64,000 nucleotides of DNA from Pseudomonas aeruginosa PAO1 (GTDB lineage: Bacteria > Pseudomonadota > Gammaproteobacteria > Pseudomonadales > Pseudomonadaceae), in the NCBI RefSeq assembly GCF_000006765.1, contig NC_002516.2; one strand, written 5' to 3'. Shown in pieces: positions 38,549-47,412 of this stretch (position 1 is the stretch's first letter; each line of letters opens with the position of its first letter). Both the position numbers and the translations under genes were made by a program. The notes beneath the pieces are model-generated. The model did not search any database, was not told the DNA's origin, and worked only from the letters and a program-made list of their open reading frames with translations.

Positions 38549-39898
38549 TCAGAGGAAGATGAACTTGGCGACGAAGATCACGAACAACGCATAGAGGCTG
38601 GCCGAGACTTCGCGGTGCTTGCCGGTGAGGACCTTCATCGCGACGTAGGTGATGAAGCCCAAGGCGATACCGTCGGCCACCGAGAAGGTCAGCGGCATCA
38701 TGATCACCGTGACGATCGCCGGGATGGTCTCGGTGTGCTCGTCCCAGTCGATGTGCGCCATCCCGCCCATCATCAGCATGGCCACGTAGATCAGCGCGCC
38801 GGCGGTGGCGAAGGCGGGGATCATCCCGGCCAGCGGGGCGAAGAACATCGCGGCGACGAACAGCACGCCGACCACCACCGCGGTGAGCCCGGTACGTCCG
38901 CCGGCGGCCACGCCCGCGGCGCTCTCCACGTAACTGGTCACCGGCGGGACACCGAGCATGCCGCCGAACACGCTGGAGGCGCTGTCGGCCTTCATCGCCT
39001 TCGACAGGTTCTCGATACGTCCGTCCTCCTTCACCAGGTGCGCGCGCTGGGCGACGCCCATGAGAGTGCCGGCGGTATCGAACATGTGCACGAAGAGGAA
39101 GGCCAGGATCACGCTGATCATGGTGACGTTGAACGCGCCGGCGATGTCCATCGCCAGGAAGGTCGGCGCCAGGCTCGGCGGCGCCGAGAACACCCCGCCG
39201 TACTGCACCAGGCCGAGGGCCCAGCCGACCAGGGTGACGCTGAGGATGCTGATGAGGATGCCGCCGAACACCCGGCGGTACTCGAGCACGGCGATCATCA
39301 GGAAGCACAGTGCCGCCAGCAGCGGGCCGGGCGAGGTGAGGTGGCCGAGCTTGATCAGGGTCGCCGGGCTGGCCACCACGATGCCGGCGGTCTTCAGGCC
39401 GATCAGGCCGAGGAACAGGCCGACTCCCGCACCCATGGCGAACCTGAGGCTGCGGGGGATGCTGTTGAGCAGCCATTCGCGGACCCGGGAGAAGGTCAGC
39501 AGCATGAACATCACCCCGGAGATGAACACCGCGCCTAGGGCGATCTGCCAGCTGTAGCCCATGGTGCCGACCACGGTGTAGGTGAAGAAGGCGTTCAGTC
39601 CCATTCCCGGCGCCAGGCCCACCGGCCAGTTGGCGTACAGGCCCATCAGGAAGCAGCCGAGGGCGGCCGCCAGGCACGTGGCGACGAACGCCGCGCCGTG
39701 GTCGATGCCGGCGTCGGCCATGATGTTGGGATTGACGAAGATGATGTAGGCCATGGTGATGAAGGTGGTCAGCCCGGCCGCCAGCTCGGTCCTGACCGTC
39801 GTACCATGCTGGCGGAGCTTGAACAGGCGTTCGAGCAGGCCGGTGGCGGGCGGTGTCGCAGCGTAGATCCCTTGTTCTTCTTGTTTGGTGCTTTCCAC
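38549..39898 (-). CDS. NCS2 AzgA/PbuG-family guanine/hypoxanthine permease
   Basis: GLTTFITMAYII.VNP, APGMGLNAFF, FDT.GT, YVESAAGVAAGGRTG. Confidence 0.92.
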   Translation of the reverse strand: MESTKQEEQGIYAATPPATGLLERLFKLRQHGTTVRTELAAGLTTFITMAYIIFVNPNIMADAGIDHGAAFVATCLAAALGCFLMGLYANWPVGLAPGMGLNAFFTYTVVGTMGYSWQIALGAVFISGVMFMLLTFSRVREWLLNSIPRSLRFAMGAGVGLFLGLIGLKTAGIVVASPATLIKLGHLTSPGPLLAALCFLMIAVLEYRRVFGGILISILSVTLVGWALGLVQYGGVFSAPPSLAPTFLAMDIAGAFNVTMISVILAFLFVHMFDTAGTLMGVAQRAHLVKEDGRIENLSKAMKADSASSVFGGMLGVPPVTSYVESAAGVAAGGRTGLTAVVVGVLFVAAMFFAPLAGMIPAFATAGALIYVAMLMMGGMAHIDWDEHTETIPAIVTVIMMPLTFSVADGIALGFITYVAMKVLTGKHREVSASLYALFVIFVAKFIFL

Positions 39899-39995
39899 AG
39901 CAGGTACTCCTCATCGCTCTTGTTGTTAGGTCCTGCGGGCCGGTTGGTTACCAGGTCCCTGACGCGGCTCGAAGGTGATGTGAGGGCACGATTTT

Positions 39996-40054
39996 CTGAC
40001 CTCTGGGTCAAGAACTCGTGCGAGCGATTATGCCTTTGTATACAAAAAGGTCAA
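39996..40054 (-). promoter_or_regulatory. Sigma70 promoter of the AzgA-type permease overlapped by two operator types
   Basis: TTGACC-16-CATAAT (40054-40027) with TTGTATACAA (40036-40045) in the spacer; CTGACCTCTGGGTCAA at 39996-40011. Confidence 0.7.
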
Positions 40055-40272
40055 AGAATGTTTGAGGGTGTTTCGCCACATTTTTATCAGCTTTCCGTCA
40101 CGCCCCCTTCCGGGCGGTGCCGCGCGCTCGGAACGAGGGGCGGAAAGGGGTGGTGCGTCGGATGCCGCTGCTTGTGTACACTATTTCGCTACCAGCCGCC
40201 GGCGTGCCTCACCCACGCCCGTGAGCGAGGATCAGCCCAGGCCACAAGCCGGACGCACAAGGTTCGAGACCG

Positions 40273-41052
40273 ATGACCGATCAGTTGCAACACATCAGGA
40301 AGCCGCCGCGCACCGGCAAGGCTGCCCGCAGCGGTACCCAGGACGAGATCGTCTACGCCCACATCTTCGACGCCATCCTCGAACAACGCCTGGCCCCCGG
40401 CACCAAGCTGAGCGAGGAGGCGCTCGGCGAGATATTCGGTGTCAGCCGCACCATCATTCGCCGCGCCCTCTCGCGCCTGGCCCACGAGCAGGTGGTGCTG
40501 TTACGGCCGAACCGCGGCGCGGTGGTCGCCAGCCCGAGCATCGACGAGGCCCGGCAGATCCTTTTCGCCCGCCGCACAGTCGAGCGCGCCATCACCGAAC
40601 TGGCCACCGACAACGCCACCGCCGAGCGTCTGGCCGAGTTGCGCGAGATGGTGGTGCAGGAACAATCCAGCTTCGCCCGTGGCGACCGGGGCGCCGGCAT
40701 CCGCCTGTCCGGCGAGTTCCACCTGAAGCTCGCCGAGATGGCGCGCAACGCTCCTCTGGTGAGTTTCCAGCGCAGCCTGGTGTCGCAGACCTCGCTGATC
40801 ATCGCCCAGTACGAAAGCGGCGGTCGCTCGCACTGCTCGTTCGACGAGCACAACGAGATCCTCGACGCCATCGAGAAGGGCGACAAGGAGCGCGCGGTGA
40901 CCCTGATGATGCACCACATGGAGCATATCGACAGCAAGCTCAACCTGGAGAGCGACAACGCTTCCGGCGACCTGCACGCGGTGTTCTCGCACCTCCTCGG
41001 CGGCAAGAAGAAGCCACGCCGGGCCAAGGCCGACAGCGACTCGGCGGCCTGA
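40273..41052 (+). CDS. GntR-family regulator with FCD domain
   Basis: L.PGTKLSEE.L.E.FGVSRT.IR.AL..L HTH; FH..LA...N and EH..IL.A. Confidence 0.92.
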   Translation: MTDQLQHIRKPPRTGKAARSGTQDEIVYAHIFDAILEQRLAPGTKLSEEALGEIFGVSRTIIRRALSRLAHEQVVLLRPNRGAVVASPSIDEARQILFARRTVERAITELATDNATAERLAELREMVVQEQSSFARGDRGAGIRLSGEFHLKLAEMARNAPLVSFQRSLVSQTSLIIAQYESGGRSHCSFDEHNEILDAIEKGDKERAVTLMMHHMEHIDSKLNLESDNASGDLHAVFSHLLGGKKKPRRAKADSDSAA

Positions 41053-41063
41053 TCCGAAGCATG

Positions 41064-41090
41064 AAAAAGCCCCGCGATGCGGGGCTTTTT
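41064..41090. terminator. Bidirectional intrinsic terminator
   Basis: AAAAAGCCCCGC-GAT-GCGGGGCTTTTT. Confidence 0.9.
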
Positions 41091-41105
41091 CGTTTCCGCC
41101 GGGAG

Positions 41106-42410
41106 TCAGTCGCGGCGATGCACCGAGCGACCGGCGGCGAAGGTTTCCTTCACCGTGCGGTCGTCGCCGAGGATGGTCAGCGCGAACAGCCGTTCGGCCA
41201 GGCTGCCGGCCTGGCTCAGGCGGTAGGAGAGCAGCGGGGTGGCGTGGTAGTCGAGGACCACGAAGTCCGCCTCGTTGCTGGTGGCGAAGCTGCCGATCCG
41301 GTCGTCCAGCTCCAGCGCACGGGCGCCGCCGAGGGTGGCGAGGTAGAGCGACTTGAACGGATCGAGGCGGGCGCCCTGCAACTGCATGACCTTGTACGCC
41401 TCGTTCAGGGACTGCAGCTGGGAGAAGCTGGTGCCGGCGCCGACATCGGTGCCGAGGCCGACCTTGACCTTGTAGCGCTCCAGCTTCGGCAGGTCGAACA
41501 GACCGCTGCCGAGGAACAGGTTGGAGGTCGGGCAGAACGCCACCGCCGAGCCAGTCTCCGCCAGGCGCTGGCATTCGCCGTCGCACAGGTGCACGCCATG
41601 GGCGAACACCGAGCGCGGCCCGAGCAGGCCGTGGTGGTCGTAGACGTCCAGGTAGCCGCTGCGCTCGGGGAACAGCTCCTTCACCCACTCGATTTCCTTG
41701 AGGTTCTCCGACAGATGGGTGTGCAGGTATACGCCGGGATGCTCGCGCAGCAGCCGCGCCGCCATGTCCAGCTGTTCCGCGGTGCTGGTCGGGGCGAAGC
41801 GCGGGGTCACCGCGTAGAGCAGACGGCCCTGGCCGTGCCAGCGCTCGATCAGCGCCTTGCTGTCGCGGTAGCTGCTCTCGGCGGTGTCGGTCAGGTAGTC
41901 CGGCGCGTTGCGGTCCATCATCACCTTGCCGGCGATCAGGCGCAGGTCCAGGCGCCGGGCGGCCTCGAACAGCGATTCCACCGATTGCCGGTGCACGCTG
42001 CCGAAGACCAGGGCGGTGGTGGTGCCGTTGCGCAGCAGTTCCTGCAGGAAGATCTCGGCGACCTGGTCGGCATGGGCCTGGTCGCCGAATTGGCGCTCGG
42101 TGGGGAAGGTATAGGTGTTCAGCCAGTCCAGCAGTTGTTCGCCGTAGGAGGCGATCATCCCGGTCTGCGGGAAATGGATGTGGGTATCGATGAAGCCGGG
42201 GGTGATCAGCGCGTCGCGGTACTCGAAGACCTCGACCTCGCCGATCTCGCCGAGCAGGGTTTCGGCGTCACCGAGGCGAGCGACCTTGCCGTCCTCCACC
42301 AGCAACAGGCCGTCCTCGAAGTATTCGTAGGAGCGTTCGACGCCGACCTCCGCGGGGTCGGCGATGCTGTGCAGGATGGCGGCGCGGTAGGCTTTGGCGT
42401 TGCGGGTCAT
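41106..42410 (-). CDS. guaD: Guanine deaminase
   Basis: PGFIDTHIHFPQ, VTPRFAP, HTHLSEN, AHGVHL, GLGTDVGAG. Confidence 0.94.
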   Translation of the reverse strand: MTRNAKAYRAAILHSIADPAEVGVERSYEYFEDGLLLVEDGKVARLGDAETLLGEIGEVEVFEYRDALITPGFIDTHIHFPQTGMIASYGEQLLDWLNTYTFPTERQFGDQAHADQVAEIFLQELLRNGTTTALVFGSVHRQSVESLFEAARRLDLRLIAGKVMMDRNAPDYLTDTAESSYRDSKALIERWHGQGRLLYAVTPRFAPTSTAEQLDMAARLLREHPGVYLHTHLSENLKEIEWVKELFPERSGYLDVYDHHGLLGPRSVFAHGVHLCDGECQRLAETGSAVAFCPTSNLFLGSGLFDLPKLERYKVKVGLGTDVGAGTSFSQLQSLNEAYKVMQLQGARLDPFKSLYLATLGGARALELDDRIGSFATSNEADFVVLDYHATPLLSYRLSQAGSLAERLFALTILGDDRTVKETFAAGRSVHRRD

Positions 42411-42479
42411 GGCAGTCTCGAAAAAAGGTTCGTGGGAGGTCCGCCGCCTGGCGGCGGACGCGGGGGAGCGGGGGGCCGC

Positions 42480-43319
42480 TCAGGATTCGTGGGCGCGGCG
42501 CGACTCCGGGGTCAGCCGGGTGACGCTCGACGGCCCCTGCTTGCGTTCCAGGCCGAAGGCGGCGTTGTAGGTGGCGATCACCTCGCCGGCGATGGAGATG
42601 GCGATCTCCGCCGGCAGCTTGCCTTTCACCTGCTCCAGGCCCATCGGGCAGCGCATCCGTTGCAGGCGTTCGGCGTCGACGCCACGTTCGCGCAGGCGGT
42701 GCTCGAACTTGACGCGCTTGGTCTTCGAGCCGATCAGGCCGAAGTAGGCGAAGTCGTTGCGCGCCAGGATCGCCGCGGTAAGCTCCAGGTCCAGCGGGTG
42801 ATTGTGGGTCATGACGATGAAGTGGCTGCCGGGCGGCATCCGCTCGACCTCGTCGAGCACTTCGTCGTTCACCACTTTCTCCACGCCGTCGGGCAGGAGC
42901 GCGGGAAATTCGTGTTCCCGCGAATCGATCCAGCGCACCCGGCAGGGCAGGCTGGCGAGCAAGGGTACCAGGGCGCGACCGACGTGGCCCGCGCCGAACA
43001 CGGCGATGTGTGCCTGCGGCTGGCCCATCGGCTCGAACAGCAGCACCGTGGCGCCGCCGCAGCACTGGCCGAGACTGGCGCCCAGGCTGAAGCGCTCCAG
43101 GCGGGTGTCCTGGGTCCGCGCGGCGAGCATTTCCCGGGCAATGGCCTGGGCCCTGTATTCCAGGTGGCCGCCGCCGATGGTGTCGTAGAGCCGCTCGGCG
43201 CTGACCACCATCTTCGAGCCGGCGTTGCGCGGGGTCGAGCCGCGTTCCTCGATGATGGTCACCAGGACGCAAGGTTCGCCGCTACGCTGCAACTCGGCCA
43301 GGGCGCTGATCCAGTTCAT
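42480..43319 (-). CDS. xdhC: Xanthine dehydrogenase accessory protein
   Basis: Start reset to MNWISAL; GSTPR.AGSKM, TIGGG.LE, GQCCGG, MTHNH.LD, GLIGSKTK. Confidence 0.93.
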   Translation of the reverse strand: MNWISALAELQRSGEPCVLVTIIEERGSTPRNAGSKMVVSAERLYDTIGGGHLEYRAQAIAREMLAARTQDTRLERFSLGASLGQCCGGATVLLFEPMGQPQAHIAVFGAGHVGRALVPLLASLPCRVRWIDSREHEFPALLPDGVEKVVNDEVLDEVERMPPGSHFIVMTHNHPLDLELTAAILARNDFAYFGLIGSKTKRVKFEHRLRERGVDAERLQRMRCPMGLEQVKGKLPAEIAISIAGEVIATYNAAFGLERKQGPSSVTRLTPESRRAHES

Positions 43320-43345
43320 CTCGTCATCCTCCCGATCGCGGCGGT

Positions 43346-45745
43346 TCAGGCCGGTTCGACCGCGGCGTCCGCCGCTTGCGCCTGGGCGGCCTTCAGCCGG
43401 CGCATCTGTTCCACGCCCCAGAGCACCCGCTCGGGCGTCGCCGGCGCGTCGATGGCGGGTTGCGCGCGGTAGTCGGCGAGGCTGGCCACGGCGTCCTTGA
43501 TCGCGCACCAGACCGAGATGCCGAGCATGAACGGCGGCTCGCCCACGGCCTTGGAATGGAACACGGTCTGCTCCGGATTCTTGCGGTTCTCCAGCAGTTT
43601 CACCCGCAGGTCCAGCGGCATGTCGGCGACGGCGGGAATCTTGTAGCTGGCCGGGCCGCTGGTCATCAGCTTGCCCTTGGCGTTCCAGACCAGTTCCTCC
43701 ATGGTCAGCCAGCCCATGCCCTGGACGAAGCCGCCTTCGACCTGGCCGATGTCGATGGCCGGGTTCAGCGAGTCGCCGACGTCATGCAGGATGTCGGTGC
43801 GCAGCATGCGGTATTCGCCGGTGAGGGTATCGACTATCACCTCCGAGCAGGCGGCGCCGTAGGCGAAATAATAGAAGGGCCGGCCACGGGCCTGCTCGCG
43901 GTCGTAGAAGATCTTCGGCGTGCGGTAGAAGCCGGTGCTGGACAACGAGACCTGGCCGAAGTAGGCCTGCTGGATCAGTTCCTCGAACGGCAGGATCAGC
44001 TCGCGGATACGCACCTGGTTGTTGCGGAACTCGATGTCTTCCTCGCTGACCTTCCAGTGCCGCGCGGCGAACTCCACCAGGCGCCGCTTGATGGTTTCGG
44101 CGGCATTCTGCGCGGCCTTGCCGTTCAGGTCGGTGCCCGAGGAGGCGGCGGTGGGCGAGGTATTGGGCACCTTGTCGGTATTGGTGGCGGTGATCTGGAT
44201 GCGCTCCACGTCGACCTGGAAGACCTCGGCGACCACCTGGGCGACCTTGGTATTGAGGCCCTGGCCCATCTCGGTGCCGCCATGGTTCAGGTGGATGCTG
44301 CCGTCGGTATAGATGTGGATCAGCGCACCTGCCTGGTTGAGGAAGGTCGCGGTGAACGAAATGCCGAACTTCACCGGGGTCAGCGCCAGGCCTTTCTTCA
44401 GGACCGGGCTGGCGGCATTGAAGGCACGGATTTCCTCGCGGCGGCGGGCGTACTCGCTGCTCGCTTCCAGCTCGGCGGTCATCTCCGCCAACAGGTTGTG
44501 CTCGACGGTCTGGTGGTAATGGGTGACGTTGCGCTCGTCCTTGCCGTAGTAGTTGAGCTTGCGCACCTCCAGCGGATCCTTGCCCAGGCTGCGGGCCACG
44601 GCGTCCATGATCTCCTCGATGGCGACCATTCCCTGGGGCCCGCCGAAACCGCGGTAGGCGGTGTTCGAGGCGGTGTTGGTCTTGCAACGGTGGCCGTTGA
44701 TGGTGGCGTTGCCGAGGAAGTAGGCGTTGTCCGAGTGGAACATGGCGCGGTCGACGATCGAGCCGGAGAGGTCCGGCGAATAGCCGCAGTTGCCGGCCAG
44801 GTCGATCTGGATGCCGTGCAGGCGGCCATCGTCGTCGAAGCCGACGTCGTATTCGACGTAGAACGGGTGACGCTTGCCGGTGATCTGCATGTCCTCCATG
44901 CGCGGTAGGCGCATCTTCGCCGGACGCCCGGTGTGGTAGGCGACCACCGCGCACAGGCAGGCCGGCGCCGCGGCCTGGGTTTCCTTGCCGCCGAAGCCGC
45001 CGCCCATGCGGCGCATGTCGATGACGATGCGGTTGAAGGAAACCCCGAGGACCTCGGCCACCAGCTTCTGCACTTCGGTGGGGTTCTGGGTCGAGCAATA
45101 GACGATCATGCCGCCGTCTTCGCTGGGCATTACCGAGGAAATCTGCGTCTCCAGGTAGAAATGCTCCTGGCCGCCGATGTGCAGCGTGCCTTGCAGGCGA
45201 TGCGGCGCGCCGGCCAGCGCGGCGGCGGAGTCGCCGATGCGGTGCTGGTGGCTGTCGAGGACGAAATGGCGCTTGCGCAGGGCCTCGACCACGTCGAGCA
45301 CCGGTTCCAGGTCTTCGTACTCGACGATCGCCGCCATGGCCGCCTTGCGCGCGGTTTCCAGGCTGTCGGCGGCGACCGCCAGGACCATCTGTCCGACATA
45401 CTCCACCTTGCCATCGGCCAGCAGTGGGTCGCCGGCCACCACCGGGCCGATGTCGAGCTGGCCGGGAACGTCGGCGGCGGTGAGGGCGATGGCGACGCCG
45501 GGGAACTGGTAGCAGGGCGTCACGTCGAGGCGGGTGATGCGGGCGTGGGCGCGCTCGCTCAGGCGCGCATAGACGTGCAACTGGTTGGGAAACTCCAGGC
45601 GATCGTCGATGTAGATCGCCTCGCCGCTGACGTGCTTGGGGGCGCTTTCGTGCTTGACGCTGCGGCCGACTCCGGTGGTCAACTCGGCGCGGAACAGGTC
45701 GGCCAGCTCTTCCTGGCTCTTGTGCGGCTTGCGATGGTTAGACAT
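43346..45745 (-). CDS. xdhB: Xanthine dehydrogenase molybdopterin-binding subunit
   Basis: GGQEHFYLE, RMGGGFGGKE, AYRGFGGPQG, GQVEGGF.QG, SKAVGEPP. Confidence 0.96.
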   Translation of the reverse strand: MSNHRKPHKSQEELADLFRAELTTGVGRSVKHESAPKHVSGEAIYIDDRLEFPNQLHVYARLSERAHARITRLDVTPCYQFPGVAIALTAADVPGQLDIGPVVAGDPLLADGKVEYVGQMVLAVAADSLETARKAAMAAIVEYEDLEPVLDVVEALRKRHFVLDSHQHRIGDSAAALAGAPHRLQGTLHIGGQEHFYLETQISSVMPSEDGGMIVYCSTQNPTEVQKLVAEVLGVSFNRIVIDMRRMGGGFGGKETQAAAPACLCAVVAYHTGRPAKMRLPRMEDMQITGKRHPFYVEYDVGFDDDGRLHGIQIDLAGNCGYSPDLSGSIVDRAMFHSDNAYFLGNATINGHRCKTNTASNTAYRGFGGPQGMVAIEEIMDAVARSLGKDPLEVRKLNYYGKDERNVTHYHQTVEHNLLAEMTAELEASSEYARRREEIRAFNAASPVLKKGLALTPVKFGISFTATFLNQAGALIHIYTDGSIHLNHGGTEMGQGLNTKVAQVVAEVFQVDVERIQITATNTDKVPNTSPTAASSGTDLNGKAAQNAAETIKRRLVEFAARHWKVSEEDIEFRNNQVRIRELILPFEELIQQAYFGQVSLSSTGFYRTPKIFYDREQARGRPFYYFAYGAACSEVIVDTLTGEYRMLRTDILHDVGDSLNPAIDIGQVEGGFVQGMGWLTMEELVWNAKGKLMTSGPASYKIPAVADMPLDLRVKLLENRKNPEQTVFHSKAVGEPPFMLGISVWCAIKDAVASLADYRAQPAIDAPATPERVLWGVEQMRRLKAAQAQAADAAVEPA

Positions 45746-47192
45746 AGGCGGTCACCCGGGTTTCGACGGCGGGAGCGTGCAGCTCCAGGAAGCATTTGCG
45801 CAGCAGGTTCTGCGCGGTCAGCAGGCGATATTCCTTGCTCGCGCGGAAGTCGCTGAGCGGGGTGAAGTCGTTCGCCAGGGCGGCCGCGGCGCGTTCGAAG
45901 CTGGCGGCTTCCAGGCGCGCGCCTTGCAGCGCCGCTTCGCAGGCGGCGGCGCGCTTGGGAATCGCCGCCATGCCGCCGAAGGCGACCCTGGCGCGGGCGA
46001 TCCGGCCATCTTCCAGGTCGAGGCTGATGGCGGCGCAGACCGCGGAAATATCGTCGTCGATGCGCTTGGAGACCTTGTAGGCCTTGAACGCCTGGCTGGG
46101 CCGGGCACGCGGGACCAGGATCTTCTCGATGAACTCGCCTTCTTCGCGGGCGGTGACCTTGTAGTCGAGGAAGTACTCCTCCAGCGGCAGCTCGCGGCGC
46201 CGTTCGCCGCGGCGCAGGACGATCTTCGCGCCGAGGGCGATCAGCAGCGGCGGGGCGTCGCCGATCGGCGAGGCGTTGCCGATATTGCCGCCGAGAGTGC
46301 CCTGGTTGCGGATCTGCAGGGACGCGAAACGCTGCAGCAACTCGCCGAAGTCCGGGTAGTCCGCGGCCAGCGCCTGGTAGCAGTCGGTCAGCGGGGTGGC
46401 GGCGCCGATTTCCAGGCAGTTGGCGCCCACTTCGATGCGTTTCATTTCGCGGATGTGGCCGACATAGATCATCACCGGCAGTTCGCGATGGAACTGGGTG
46501 ACCTCCAGCGCCAGGTCGGTGCCGCCGGCCAGCAGGCGTGCCTGCGGATTGGCGCCGTAGAGGTCGGCCAGGTCGGCGACGGTGAGCGGCAGCAGGCAGC
46601 GCCGGTCACCGCTGTTCAGCTCGGCGGTTTCGCGCGGAGCGATGGCGCGCAATTGCTCGATGGTGGCGGCTTCCCGGGCGTCGAACTGGTCTGCGCGCTT
46701 GTGGCAGCAGGCCTGCTCGGCGGCGTCGAGGATCGGCCGGTAGCCGGTGCAGCGGCAGAGGTTGCCGGCGAGCGCCTCGTGGGCCTTGGCCGGATCGGCG
46801 CCGGCGCTGTTCTTCTGCAGGGCGAACAGCGACATGACGAAACCCGGCGTGCAGAACCCGCACTGCGAGCCATGGCAGTCGACCATCGCCTGCTGCACGT
46901 CGTGCAGGCGGTCCTGGTGCTTGAGGTCCTCGACGGTGATCAATTGCTTGCCGTGAAGGGCGGAAACGAAGGTCAGGCAGGAGTTCAGGCTGCGATAGCG
47001 GATGCGTTCGGCACCATCCTCGCCGGTGACCAGTTCGCCGACCACCACGGTGCAGGCGCCGCAATCGCCGGAGGCGCAGCCTTCCTTGGTGCCGGTCTTG
47101 CCGAGGTGCCGGCGCAGGTAGTCGAGGACGGTGAGGTTGGGGTCCAGGCGTTCTTCGACGCGGATCTCCCGGTTGAGCAGGAACCTGATCAA
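45738..47192 (-). CDS. xdhA: Xanthine dehydrogenase 2Fe-2S/FAD subunit
   Basis: KEGCASGDCGACT, SQCGFCTPG, NLCRCTGY, AGGTDL, TLGGNIGNASP. Confidence 0.96.
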   Translation of the reverse strand: MIRFLLNREIRVEERLDPNLTVLDYLRRHLGKTGTKEGCASGDCGACTVVVGELVTGEDGAERIRYRSLNSCLTFVSALHGKQLITVEDLKHQDRLHDVQQAMVDCHGSQCGFCTPGFVMSLFALQKNSAGADPAKAHEALAGNLCRCTGYRPILDAAEQACCHKRADQFDAREAATIEQLRAIAPRETAELNSGDRRCLLPLTVADLADLYGANPQARLLAGGTDLALEVTQFHRELPVMIYVGHIREMKRIEVGANCLEIGAATPLTDCYQALAADYPDFGELLQRFASLQIRNQGTLGGNIGNASPIGDAPPLLIALGAKIVLRRGERRRELPLEEYFLDYKVTAREEGEFIEKILVPRARPSQAFKAYKVSKRIDDDISAVCAAISLDLEDGRIARARVAFGGMAAIPKRAAACEAALQGARLEAASFERAAAALANDFTPLSDFRASKEYRLLTAQNLLRKCFLELHAPAVETRVTAYV

Positions 47193-47300
47193 GGCGTGCC
47201 TCCAGGCGGGTTCTTGTTATTGAATTCTAGGCCTTGCAGGAGAACCGGCCGGAGTGGGGCGGTTTCCGCACAGGGCTCCACGGTAGGAGCTATGGAGGCG

Positions 47301-47353
47301 AATCTAGAAAAAACTGACTTTTGAGTCAAATAATTTTTTGACCTGTAGGTCAG
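47301..47353 (-). promoter_or_regulatory. xdhA promoter with tandem RutR-type palindromes
   Basis: TTGACT-17-TAGATT (47329-47301); CTGACTTTTGAGTCAA at 47314 and TTGACCTGTAGGTCAG at 47338. Confidence 0.7.
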
Positions 47354-47372
47354 TCAGTTTGCCCATAAACGA

Positions 47373-47396
47373 AAACGGCACCCGAAGGTGCCGTTT
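47373..47396 (-). terminator. Intrinsic terminator after alkB2
   Basis: AAACGGCACC-CGAA-GGTGCCGTTT with a minus-strand T-rich tail. Confidence 0.8.
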
Positions 47397-47412
47397 CCCA
47401 GGGGCGGGACGC

